The notes under the pieces were generated by a model. That model was given only the letters and a program-made list of their open reading frames with translations, searched no databases and was not told where the DNA came from. The translations under genes and the position numbers were made by a program. This document shows, piece by piece, positions 36,431 to 45,425 of a stretch of 63,472 nt of DNA; position 1 is the first letter of the stretch; every line of letters begins with the position of its first letter. Source of the stretch: an uncultured Clostridia bacterium (lineage in GTDB: Bacteria; Bacillota; Clostridia; Christensenellales; CAG-138); the NCBI GenBank assembly GCA_944336625.1, contig CALVLF010000113.1, positions 1-63,472 of the forward strand, given 5' to 3'.

Positions 36431-37569
36431 ACCTCCTTTTGCATAGCAGGGGCCGAACCGTCTAAATCATTGCCCTTTTCAGAATCCCGCCGCTTGAAAA
36501 GCCGGCCAATCAGGGTGCGCATAAGCAGGGCGAAGGCGGCGAGGTAAATGATAGCAGCAATGATAATGTCGATGATTTCCTTGACGAATTCTGGCTGCAT
36601 GGCGTCGCCTCCTACCTGAATGTAAGAGATAAAGATGGCACTGAAGATGGTGCCCAGGGGATGGGAGGAGGCCAGCAGGGCGGTAGGAATGCCGTTGAAA
36701 CCCGTGGTTAGCAGGGTTTTCACCAGGGTATATTGGGCGGTGCCGCTCAGGTAGTAGATGCCGCCGCCTATGCCGGAAAGAGCGCCGGCGATAATGGTAG
36801 AAAGGACGATATTGCGCTTGGCGTTGATGCCGGCGTATATGCTAGCGTTTCGGTTATAGCCGCAGGCCTTGAGCTCATAGCCAAAGGTCGTCTTAGAAAG
36901 GACGATCCATACGATGACGGCCATGATAATGGCGATGAAGATGCCGATGTTAATATAGCGGGAATCCATGAGCTCATCCAGCCCCATTTTGGGCAATATG
37001 GCTTCTGGATTTGCCGTAGCAAGGGAAGCAGTCCTGTCCTTATTGGTAGCTCCCCAGTAATTGGCCAGCATCATGGGCATATTGTTGATGGCCAGGTTTA
37101 CGGCGAAAAGGCCAATCCAGTTGAACATGATGGAAGTGATTACTTCATTTACATTGAACAGGGCTTTAAACAGGCCGGGGAATATCCCCCAGATGGCCCC
37201 GCCCAGGGCGCTGCATAGAAGGCACACATACCAGGGGAGCTGGAACTGTATGGCTGCCGCCAGGGCGAAAAAAGCCCCAATGGTATACTGGCCCGGCGCG
37301 CCGATGTTGAAAAGCCCCGTCTTAAAGGCGAAGCCTACACTTAAGCCTGTCATGATAAGAGGCGCCGCCTGATAGAGCACCTTGGCGAACTTATCCAGAG
37401 CGCCCAGGCCGGCGGTAAGGATCTGCTTGAAGCCATAAAGGGCAAATGGCGCATTAAAGGCATAGAGCAGGATAAGCCCTACCAGCAAACCCAGGATGAT
37501 GGAAGCAATAGAGGCTAAGCAGCTGATAAAGCCTGTACTGCGTACAAAGTGCTGTAGCTTGGTTTTCAT
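36427..37569 (-). CDS. ABC transporter permease (BMP/nucleoside system 2)
   Basis: Polytopic membrane protein. Overlapping start/stop with both neighbours. Confidence 0.85.
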   Translation of the reverse strand: MKTKLQHFVRSTGFISCLASIASIILGLLVGLILLYAFNAPFALYGFKQILTAGLGALDKFAKVLYQAAPLIMTGLSVGFAFKTGLFNIGAPGQYTIGAFFALAAAIQFQLPWYVCLLCSALGGAIWGIFPGLFKALFNVNEVITSIMFNWIGLFAVNLAINNMPMMLANYWGATNKDRTASLATANPEAILPKMGLDELMDSRYINIGIFIAIIMAVIVWIVLSKTTFGYELKACGYNRNASIYAGINAKRNIVLSTIIAGALSGIGGGIYYLSGTAQYTLVKTLLTTGFNGIPTALLASSHPLGTIFSAIFISYIQVGGDAMQPEFVKEIIDIIIAAIIYLAAFALLMRTLIGRLFKRRDSEKGNDLDGSAPAMQKEV

Positions 37570-39113
37570 GCGACGCCCTCCCTTTCGGCTGCGGTTTGGC
37601 GCTTGGCGCCTGCCATATAAAGCCCTAGCTCGTGAACGGAGGTGGTTTTGGGATCGAACTCTCCAACAACCTCTCCTTCGTACATTACCAGAATCCGGTC
37701 GCTGACGTTCATCACCTCATCCAACTCCAGAGAGACAAGCAAAATGGCCTTGCCGGCATCCCGCTGAGAAATCAGCTGCTTATGAATATATTCGATGGCG
37801 CCCACGTCTAGGCCCCGGGTCGGCTGCACTGCCACCAGCAACTCCGGCCCTTTATCCACTTCCCGGGCGATGATGGCTTTCTGCTGGTTGCCGCCGGACA
37901 TGCTGCGGGCGATGGTAACCGGCCCCTGGCCCGAGCGGATGTCGTATTGCTGAATGAGCCGCTGCGCATATTTCCGGATGGCGTCCCTGCGCAAAAAGCC
38001 ATGGTTCTGGAACTCCGGCTGCCAATACCGTTGCAAGACCAGGTTATCCTCTAAGGTATAGTCCAGAATCAGGCCGTATTTGTGCCGGTCCTCCGGGATA
38101 TGGCTCATACCTAGCTTGCTGCGGGCGCGGATGGGCGCGGCGGTTATATCCTGGCCGCAAAGGGTTATATGGCCGCTGCCCAGCTTTTCCAGCCCCGTTA
38201 GGGCGGAGACGAATTCCGTCTGCCCATTTCCCTCAATACCCGCCAGGCATACGATCTCGCCCCGGCGTACTTGGAAGGACACATCCTTTACGGCGTTGTT
38301 TTTATGGAGTTTGCTGGGGACGGTAACGTTCTGCACATCCAGGATCACAGGGCCGGGATGGGGGGCGGATTTTTCCACGGCAAAGCTGACCTGGCGGCCC
38401 ACCATCATGCGGGAAAGCTCCTCCTTGGTGGTGTCCCGGATATCTACAGTGCCAACGCATTTCCCTTTGCGCAGAACGGTGCAGCGGTCCGCTACGGCCA
38501 TAATTTCATTCAGCTTATGGGTAATAAAAAGAATGGATTTCCCTTCTTTGGTGAAAGAACGCATGATCTCCATCAGCTCGTCGATCTCCTGTGGCGTCAA
38601 TACAGCGGTAGGCTCATCGAAAATCAGGATCTCATTGTCCCTATAAAGCATTTTGAGGATTTCCACCCGCTGCTGCATCCCTACGGAAATATCTTCGATG
38701 CGGGCATCCGGGTCTACTTTCAGGCCATAGCGGGCAGAAAGCTCCATAACCTTTTTCCGGGCTTCGCTCTTTTGCAGAAAGCCCATTTTGTTGGGCTCAA
38801 CGCCCAGGATGATATTATCCAGCACGGTGAAAATTTCCACTAGCTTGAAATGCTGGTGTACCATGCCGATATGCAGTGCATTTGCATCGTTGGGGTCCTT
38901 GATGGAAACGGTCTGCCCGTTCTTTTTTATGGTGCCAGCATCCGGCTGGTACAGGCCGAACAGAACGCTCATCAGGGTGGATTTTCCCGCTCCGTTTTCG
39001 CCCAGCAGGGCATGGACTTCCCCCCGCTTTAACTGCAAGGTCACGTTATCGTTCGCTTTGATTCCGGGGAATTCCTTGGTGATATTCAGCATTTCAATGA
39101 CATATTCGCACAT
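37566..39113 (-). CDS. ABC transporter ATP-binding protein, duplicated NBD (paralogue of 3698-5212)
   Basis: GENGAGKST, MSGGNQQK. The aligned N-terminus looks roughly half identical to 3698-5212 by eye. Confidence 0.9.
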   Translation of the reverse strand: MCEYVIEMLNITKEFPGIKANDNVTLQLKRGEVHALLGENGAGKSTLMSVLFGLYQPDAGTIKKNGQTVSIKDPNDANALHIGMVHQHFKLVEIFTVLDNIILGVEPNKMGFLQKSEARKKVMELSARYGLKVDPDARIEDISVGMQQRVEILKMLYRDNEILIFDEPTAVLTPQEIDELMEIMRSFTKEGKSILFITHKLNEIMAVADRCTVLRKGKCVGTVDIRDTTKEELSRMMVGRQVSFAVEKSAPHPGPVILDVQNVTVPSKLHKNNAVKDVSFQVRRGEIVCLAGIEGNGQTEFVSALTGLEKLGSGHITLCGQDITAAPIRARSKLGMSHIPEDRHKYGLILDYTLEDNLVLQRYWQPEFQNHGFLRRDAIRKYAQRLIQQYDIRSGQGPVTIARSMSGGNQQKAIIAREVDKGPELLVAVQPTRGLDVGAIEYIHKQLISQRDAGKAILLVSLELDEVMNVSDRILVMYEGEVVGEFDPKTTSVHELGLYMAGAKRQTAAEREGVA

Positions 39114-39275
39114 ATGTATGGCCCCCCTGGCGAATGGATGGCGGCCGGGCGCATACCCGGGCCGGTAAGTATGATTCCGAACAGATAAAATGAATGGATA
39201 AATGCTAAATGAAAATGGGGGCCGGGCTAAGGCCCAGCCCCGCGGTTATGCCCTGCGCGGGCTTGTCAAACAGGG

Positions 39276-40463
39276 TTAGTCGTTTTGATAATCGACAGCG
39301 ATCTCCACGGCGGGGGCATTTTCGGTGTCGTTGGAGATGGTGATTTCACCGCTCTTGACCTTGGCGTAAAGCTCGTTATACTGCTCTATGGTGTAGTTGT
39401 TCAGCCGCCAGGAGCCTTCCGCCGTGGGCAGGCCTACGCAATCCTGGGCTGCGCCCAGCTTCTGCTCGGTGCCGGCATATTCGGCAGGCCAGGTGCCGCC
39501 ATTGTCATAGAGGGAGGTCAGGGCCATAACTACGGAGTTCTTCAGCTCCTTCATGGCAGAGGTGATGATCAGCTCGGATTCAGCGCTCTGGTCTACGTCT
39601 ACGCCGATGACCTTAGCATTGGCCTCTTGGGCAGCGCCCACAGCGGAGAGATAGATGGCGCCGCCGCAGGAGAACACCACTTCGGTGCCTTCGGTATACC
39701 AGCCGCTCATCTTGGTTTTGATCTCATCGTTGGGGGTGAAGCTGCCGGAATACCAATATTTCACGGAGACCTCATCCGCAACGCCCAGCTCCACAGCCGC
39801 TGCATTAGCGCCCTGGAGGAACCCGTAGCCATAGCGGATAACGGCGGGAACGTCGATGCCGCCCAGGAAGCCCAGCTGGCGGTAGCCATCCTGCACCGCC
39901 GCATAGCCGGCCAGATAGCCCGCCTGCTCCTCTTGATAGGTAATGAGGGCTACATTGGAGGTGGGCTCGGGCACATCGGCCAGGCCCATATCGATGCCCA
40001 GGAACATGACCTCAGGATATTCGGCCTGGATGGTCAGGATGGCCTCGCCGAAGAGGTAGCCAGGCATTACGATCACCTTTGCCCCCTTATCGATAGCGGT
40101 CTCGATGGACTCGATACGGGCCTCGGTGCTATCCTCAGAGGGACGGTAATAGCTGTAGGTGATGCCATTGGCTTCGGCATATTCCACAACGCCTTCCCAG
40201 GAGCCCTGGTTAAAGGATTTATCGTCGATATTGCCGACGTCGGTCACCAGGGCGATTTCATAGGTGCCGTCAGCGGAAGCGGGCTCTTCGGCGGCAGGCT
40301 CTTCTGCAGCAGGTTCTTCGGCGGCGGGCTCTTCACTGGGGGCTTCCGTTGCAGGGGCTTCGGTGGGCTCCGAAGCTGCGGGCTCCTCAGCAGGGCTGCT
40401 GGAGCAGGCAGCGACGGAAAGCGCCATTAGAAGCGCCAATAAAATCGCAAAGAATTTTTTCAT
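39276..40463 (-). CDS. BMP-family ABC substrate-binding lipoprotein
   Basis: MKKFFAILLALLMALSVAAC lipobox after SD ggagga. (EEPAA)n linker. IALVTDVGNIDDKSFNQ BMP motif. Confidence 0.88.
   Translation of the reverse strand: MKKFFAILLALLMALSVAACSSSPAEEPAASEPTEAPATEAPSEEPAAEEPAAEEPAAEEPASADGTYEIALVTDVGNIDDKSFNQGSWEGVVEYAEANGITYSYYRPSEDSTEARIESIETAIDKGAKVIVMPGYLFGEAILTIQAEYPEVMFLGIDMGLADVPEPTSNVALITYQEEQAGYLAGYAAVQDGYRQLGFLGGIDVPAVIRYGYGFLQGANAAAVELGVADEVSVKYWYSGSFTPNDEIKTKMSGWYTEGTEVVFSCGGAIYLSAVGAAQEANAKVIGVDVDQSAESELIITSAMKELKNSVVMALTSLYDNGGTWPAEYAGTEQKLGAAQDCVGLPTAEGSWRLNNYTIEQYNELYAKVKSGEITISNDTENAPAVEIAVDYQND
40281..40340 (-). repeat. four imperfect 15-nt tandem repeats encoding the (EEPAA)n linker of the BMP lipoprotein
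   Basis: gggctcttcggcggc / aggctcttctgcagc / aggttcttcggcggc / gggctcttcactggg. Confidence 0.7.
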
Positions 40464-40513
40464 TTTTTCCTCCTTTTTTAAACGCTGTGCAGGCACAGCT
40501 TATTATGTTACAA

Positions 40514-40542
40514 ATTATAGCAGAAACAGGTGCGCATTTCAA
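40514..40542 (-). promoter_or_regulatory. promoter of the BMP-tdk operon
   Basis: Minus strand: TTGAAA, 17 nt, TATAAT. The 5' UTR carries the dyad gctgtgc-ag-gcacagc (40484-40499). Confidence 0.55.
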
Positions 40543-40652
40543 ACGCTTTTCAGATCTGTAGCAGAAATAACACACGGCTGCCAAAAAAACATTGTACAAT
40601 GGCTGAAAAATGATACAATACTTTTGAAGGAAATATTCGGGAGCAGGGCAGA

Positions 40653-41474
40653 ATGTTCGGATACATTGGACCTTTTCAGGATGAACTGAAGGTCCGGGAA
40701 GAAAGGGAATATAAGGGCTGGTACTGCGGGTTATGCAGGACATTGGGCCGAAAATATGGCCCTGCCGGCAGGCTGGCCCTCAGCTATGACTGCACTTTTG
40801 TGGCCCTGCTTCTTTCTGGCATAGAGGGTGGGGGTGCGCTCCAGCCCGGCCGCTGCCCATATAAGCCCCTTCCCAAACGGATGATAGCCGCCCCTTGCGA
40901 AGCTTTGGATTTCGCTGCGGATCTGGACCTTCTTCTCGCCTGGCATAAGCTGGCGGATGACTGGCGGGATGAGCGGAAGATTTCCGCCTCCGCCGGAAGG
41001 CTTGCCCTGGCCCCGGCAGCAAAGAAAGCGCGCAGGCAGCGCCCTGCCTTGGCAGCGGCCATTGAAGCGGGGATGCGAGAATTGACGGCCCTGGAGCGAC
41101 AGGGATGCAGAGATTTAGACGGGGCGGCGGATGCTTTCGCCAGGATGATGCGCCAGGTGGGCGAACAGGCCGGCCTCGCCGGCCGGCAGGGCAAGGTGCT
41201 TCCCCATGTGCTGTATCATCTGGGACGCTGGGTCTATCTAATGGATGCTTGGGCAGATCGGGGAAAGGATAAAAAGAGCGGCGCATATAATCCATTCCTG
41301 GCTGCAGCGGCTGGCAAGGAGCGGGCGCGCTTCCTTCTGGATCTTTCGCTGAACGAGGCAGTTGGTGCCTTTGAATTGCTGGAGCCGGAGGCGCATAGAG
41401 GCCTTCTAAATAATATCCTATATGAAGGCTGTGGTGCGAGAATGGCAAAAATATTGGAGGGTGAGGATGAATAA
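40653..41474 (+). CDS. DUF5685-family protein
   Basis: MFGYIGPFQDELKVREEREYKGWYCGLCRTLGRKYG...LSYDCTFVALLL, recalled as the DUF5685 N-terminal signature. Confidence 0.65.
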   Translation: MFGYIGPFQDELKVREEREYKGWYCGLCRTLGRKYGPAGRLALSYDCTFVALLLSGIEGGGALQPGRCPYKPLPKRMIAAPCEALDFAADLDLLLAWHKLADDWRDERKISASAGRLALAPAAKKARRQRPALAAAIEAGMRELTALERQGCRDLDGAADAFARMMRQVGEQAGLAGRQGKVLPHVLYHLGRWVYLMDAWADRGKDKKSGAYNPFLAAAAGKERARFLLDLSLNEAVGAFELLEPEAHRGLLNNILYEGCGARMAKILEGEDE

Positions 41475-42108
41475 TCCGTATAAGGTTTTGGGTATCAACG
41501 AGAATGCCACGCAGGAAGAGATCCGCGCGGCTTACCTGAAGCTCGTCAAAAAATACCACCCGGACCGTTATACGGATCCGGACCTGAAAGCCGTTGCAAA
41601 TGAAAAACTTGTAGAAATAAACGAAGCCTATGAATTCCTGACAAAGAAGAATAATGGTTCTGCCAGCCGGGGCCCTGGCAGCAGCTATGGCGGGGCTTAT
41701 GGCGGCTATGGCGGTTATGGAAGCGGCAGCTATGGTGGCAGCACCTATTCTGGCCCGGATGCAGCGGAATTCGCCAGGGCCCGCGCCTTCCTCAGCCAAA
41801 ACAATCTTCAGGCGGCCAAAGCCGTGCTGGACCGTATCTCCATTCGAAATGCGGAGTGGTATTACCTTTATGGAATCATCTATCTGCGGCAGGGCTGGTA
41901 TGATAAGGCCAATGAGTATCTGACCATCGCTTACCAGCAGGAGCCGGGCAATGCGGAATATGCCAGCGCCTATAATACCATCCGCCGTACTGGCAGCCCC
42001 TATACCCGCCAGGCCGGGAGCTTTTCCAGCAGCTGCGGCCCCTGCGATTTGTGCGCCAGTTTTATGTGCTTCAGCGGCCTTGGCGTCCCCTGTTGTTGCT
42101 GGTGTTGA
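41467..42108 (+). CDS. J-domain protein with G/Y/S-rich region, TPR-like helices and a Cys-rich C-terminal tail
   Basis: NPYKVLGI...KKYHPDR J-domain with HPD. GGAYGGYGGYGSGSYGG. Tail SSSCGPCDLCASFMCFSGLGVPCCCWC. Overlaps the upstream stop by 8 nt. Confidence 0.85.
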   Translation: MNNPYKVLGINENATQEEIRAAYLKLVKKYHPDRYTDPDLKAVANEKLVEINEAYEFLTKKNNGSASRGPGSSYGGAYGGYGGYGSGSYGGSTYSGPDAAEFARARAFLSQNNLQAAKAVLDRISIRNAEWYYLYGIIYLRQGWYDKANEYLTIAYQQEPGNAEYASAYNTIRRTGSPYTRQAGSFSSSCGPCDLCASFMCFSGLGVPCCCWC

Positions 42109-42321
42109 TGGCAGCGGGCCGAAATCCCAGCTGAACCGCCGTAATGCTTATAAATCGAATCAAAAAAGAGGGAATATGCATTGTTCTCTCTTTTTTTGCA
42201 TGCTATAATTACTTATTCTCCTATATTTCAAGGTTTTTAGACAAATAAATCTCTATTTGTTCTGTTCTTTTCTTATTCAGATTCCCCCTTTGCTTTGAAA
42301 TTAAAATGGAGGTTCAAATCT

Positions 42322-43575
42322 ATGAAACGTCATGTCATCTGTATGTTGGCTCTGTTTTGCATGCTGTTTTTTTCCCTTTCGCAGGCAGCTGCGCTGGAGA
42401 AGAGTGTACAGCTGGTACAACGGGAAGGCTCTAAACAGGTAACAACCCATTATTCTTCTTTGCAGGAAGCCCTACAGGCATTCCGTAAAAGCGGTGCGAA
42501 AATTACTCTCCTGAACGATGTGGAAGAAAGCGTAGAATATAGCGGTAATTACAGCCTAACTCTGGATTTTGGCGGACATTATATCTTGGGGCAGGCGGGG
42601 CCGGGGCTTACCCATACGGGCCGGGGAAGCCTGACCCTGACCGGAAGCGGAGGCATCATTGGAAAAACCTGCGGGCTGTATGCGGCTGGCGACAGGGGTA
42701 TCGTTTTACAAGGCGGTACCTATAAGGCCATAGAGTCTGGCGGGATCGCCATCCATAATCCCGCTAGCCAGTTGACCATATCCGGGGCCGTGGAAGCGGA
42801 AGGGGAGGTGGCCCTGCTGGATTCCTCCATTCGGGAATTGCTGATCTATGCTGGAATCTTTCAGGGCACCGGTGAAGATTTCGCCCTGCAAAAGACCATG
42901 GGAAGCCTGTGGTTGGAGGGGGATGTACGCATTCAAGGAAAAAACGGAGGGCTTCTGCTGCAGGCGGGCCCTTCAGAAGGTTCCCTGGCAGCAGCGCAAA
43001 GCAGCAGGATCAACTTGGGAGCGGGCGGATCCATTACCGCCCCAGCAGGGGCTGCCCTTAAGGTTTCTGCCGCCCCAGGATGGGACGTCACTTTGGCAGG
43101 GGCGGGTAAGCTCCAGGGCGATAGCGCTTTGCAGCTTCTGTCCGGCGCTTTGGCCATTCCGCCAGAGGCTACGCTTTTCCTTTCCGGCAAAGTGAGCGGC
43201 GGGGAGGGGCTTTCCCTGCGGGGTGGCACCTATGACCAAATGCCTGCGCAGGGCATTGCTGGGGGGCTTTACGCCGTAAAATCTCCGGCTGGGGCCTACA
43301 CCCTGCAAGAGGAACCGCCCCAATCCGATACTGCGCCGGAAAGTCTAACACCGCAGGAAGAAAACCCGTCTGTGGAAGTTGGGCTGCGGCAGAGTAACGG
43401 AGAGGCGCATGGATGGCCTGCAGAGGATAGCAGCGGCCAAAACTGGGGGGAGCTGGCAGAAAATTATACGATGATCCTCCTTCCGAAAACAGGCGGGCAC
43501 CCTGTTCTTATGGAGAGCTTGGCCCTGGTGGGGATAGGACTTTGGGGATTGGGGACGATATGGAGGAGAAAATAA
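42322..43575 (+). CDS. LPXTG-anchored surface protein of unknown function
   Basis: Signal peptide MKRHVICMLALFCMLFFSLSQAAA. C-terminal LPKTGG plus hydrophobic stretch plus RRK. G/A/L-rich repetitive body. Confidence 0.8.
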   Translation: MKRHVICMLALFCMLFFSLSQAAALEKSVQLVQREGSKQVTTHYSSLQEALQAFRKSGAKITLLNDVEESVEYSGNYSLTLDFGGHYILGQAGPGLTHTGRGSLTLTGSGGIIGKTCGLYAAGDRGIVLQGGTYKAIESGGIAIHNPASQLTISGAVEAEGEVALLDSSIRELLIYAGIFQGTGEDFALQKTMGSLWLEGDVRIQGKNGGLLLQAGPSEGSLAAAQSSRINLGAGGSITAPAGAALKVSAAPGWDVTLAGAGKLQGDSALQLLSGALAIPPEATLFLSGKVSGGEGLSLRGGTYDQMPAQGIAGGLYAVKSPAGAYTLQEEPPQSDTAPESLTPQEENPSVEVGLRQSNGEAHGWPAEDSSGQNWGELAENYTMILLPKTGGHPVLMESLALVGIGLWGLGTIWRRK

Positions 43576-43851
43576 GTTTTCTTGCCATTGCCAAGGCTGC
43601 AGGCTTGTGGTAAGCTTATACACGTAATCAGTATTCCCTCAGTTAGCAGAGGGGGAGATCAGAAAGGCAGGCATGTGGATTCATTTTGCTTGCCTTCCTG
43701 TATGGAACGGGCAGGTTTGACGCTTGCGCTCCCTACATGTGGCTGATGGTTGGATGGTTTCCATTTCTGCATTTCTGTCCCCATTATCTTGCCGTCACAG
43801 GCAGGCCTCTGCAGCTGAGAACACAAATCAGGAAGTGAGGTATAACTCCAT

Positions 43852-45012
43852 ATGCAACTGCATCCAGCTGTGCAGGGACTGAAAACAGACTGTATAGAGA
43901 CCCGCCAGGCCCTACATAAGATCCCTGAAATCGGATTTGACCTGGAGGAGACCCACGCGTACTTGATGCGCAGGCTGGAGGCCTGCTATCCCGATCGCCT
44001 GGAGACCCTGGCTGATACCGGGATTAAGGCCGTTTTCCTGACCCCCGGCGCCACGAAGACCATCGCCCTACGGGCGGATATGGACGGCATACCCACGACG
44101 GAGGAAACGGGCGCCTCCTATGCCTCTACTCATCCGGGGAAAATGCATGGCTGCGGCCATGACGGCCATATGACCATGGTCCTGCTGGCGGCGCAGCTGA
44201 TTCACCAGTATCGGGATAGGCTCAAGGTGAATGTTGTCCTCCTTTTCCAGCCCGGGGAAGAGGGCTGGGGCGGTGCAGAGGTAATGATCCGGGAAGGCGC
44301 TCTAGAAAATCCCCATGTGGACCGGATTTACGGAATTCATCTCTGGCCAACGGTTCCGAGGGAGAAACTGGGAATTCGCTGGGGTCCCATGATGGCCCAG
44401 ACCTGTGACTTTGAAATGACCGTATATGGCAAAAGCGCCCATGGTGCCAGCCCGCAGATGGGTGTGGACGCCATAGTTTGCGCTGCGGAGCTAATCACCG
44501 TTTTGCAAACCGCCATCACCCGCAGCGTAGATCCGCACCAGGATGCCCTTTTAACCATCGGCAAGATTCAGGGAGGCGTTTCCCATAATGTAATCGCGGA
44601 TAAGGTTACCCTCAGCGCTACCATGCGGGCTTTCAGCTCTACGGTTTACCAGCAGCTTAAAGAGCGGGTAGCCTCCATGGTGCAGGGCTTGGCAACGGCT
44701 ACGGGCGCCCGGGTCGAATTTAAGGAGGTAGTACACTATCCTTGTGTGGAAAACCCACGGCCTCTGGTGGAAGAGTTTTATACGTATCTGGATAGCATGG
44801 ATGACGTTTTCCTGGTGGAGCCGGTCATGGCAGCGGAGGACTTCGCCTTCTACCAGCAGCATACAGAGGGTGTTTTTACCTTTTTGGGCGTTCAGGGCGG
44901 GAAGAATAGCCAGCCCCTGCATAATTGCCGGTTCGATTTTGATGAGGAAATTCTTCTTCAGGGCGTTGAGCTATACGCCCGGCTCTTAGGTCTCGTGGAA
45001 AAGAACCCATAA
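43852..45012 (+). CDS. M20-family amidohydrolase / N-acyl-amino-acid deacylase
   Basis: MHGCGHDGH metal motif, LLFQPGEEG, 386 aa. Confidence 0.85.
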   Translation: MQLHPAVQGLKTDCIETRQALHKIPEIGFDLEETHAYLMRRLEACYPDRLETLADTGIKAVFLTPGATKTIALRADMDGIPTTEETGASYASTHPGKMHGCGHDGHMTMVLLAAQLIHQYRDRLKVNVVLLFQPGEEGWGGAEVMIREGALENPHVDRIYGIHLWPTVPREKLGIRWGPMMAQTCDFEMTVYGKSAHGASPQMGVDAIVCAAELITVLQTAITRSVDPHQDALLTIGKIQGGVSHNVIADKVTLSATMRAFSSTVYQQLKERVASMVQGLATATGARVEFKEVVHYPCVENPRPLVEEFYTYLDSMDDVFLVEPVMAAEDFAFYQQHTEGVFTFLGVQGGKNSQPLHNCRFDFDEEILLQGVELYARLLGLVEKNP

Positions 45013-45040
45013 TTACTATAATACGTTCAAAATGATCAAA

Positions 45041-45074
45041 AGCCGAGGGCGATTGGCCGCCTTCGGCTTTTTTG
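45041..45074 (+). terminator. Rho-independent terminator after the amidohydrolase gene
   Basis: agccgagggcg / cgccttcggct stem (one G-U pair) plus tttttt. Confidence 0.8.
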
Positions 45075-45425
45075 TAAAAACCCTTGGATGTCAAAGGTAG
45101 AATATAATAAATAAATGCCCGCCCCAAGTCAAAGCAAAGGACGGACAAAAAAACATATTTATACTTGTGCAAAAGAATACTGTATGTTGCATACGGAAAA
45201 ACACAAAATGTATTATATGTCGAAAAAATGGCGCTGTCAACGAATGTTATTATTATAACATAATATGGCAGGGCTAACCTGCGCCCGTGGGAAGAATTAC
45301 AAGGAAAGCAATGCAGATGCTTTTCGCATACTATAGAAGGTGAACACACCTGGCCCACTTGCCGCATATTCTGCACAAGGGAAGCGCGGTGCAGGCGACT
45401 CCACCAAAGGGAGAAGGAGAAGGAT

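Noticed and set aside
40537-40556. cre (CcpA) site in the BMP-tdk promoter region (tgaaaagcgtttgaaa).
   Set aside because: It does not fit the 14-nt cre consensus TGWNANCGNTNWCA when aligned; the central CG is out of register. The resemblance is superficial.
45075-45425. T-box or riboswitch in the long leader of the ytxC-like gene.
   Set aside because: I could not find the conserved T-box sequence (…GGGTGGTACCGCG…), a specifier-loop architecture, or any riboswitch core I recognise. Kept only as a low-interest observation.
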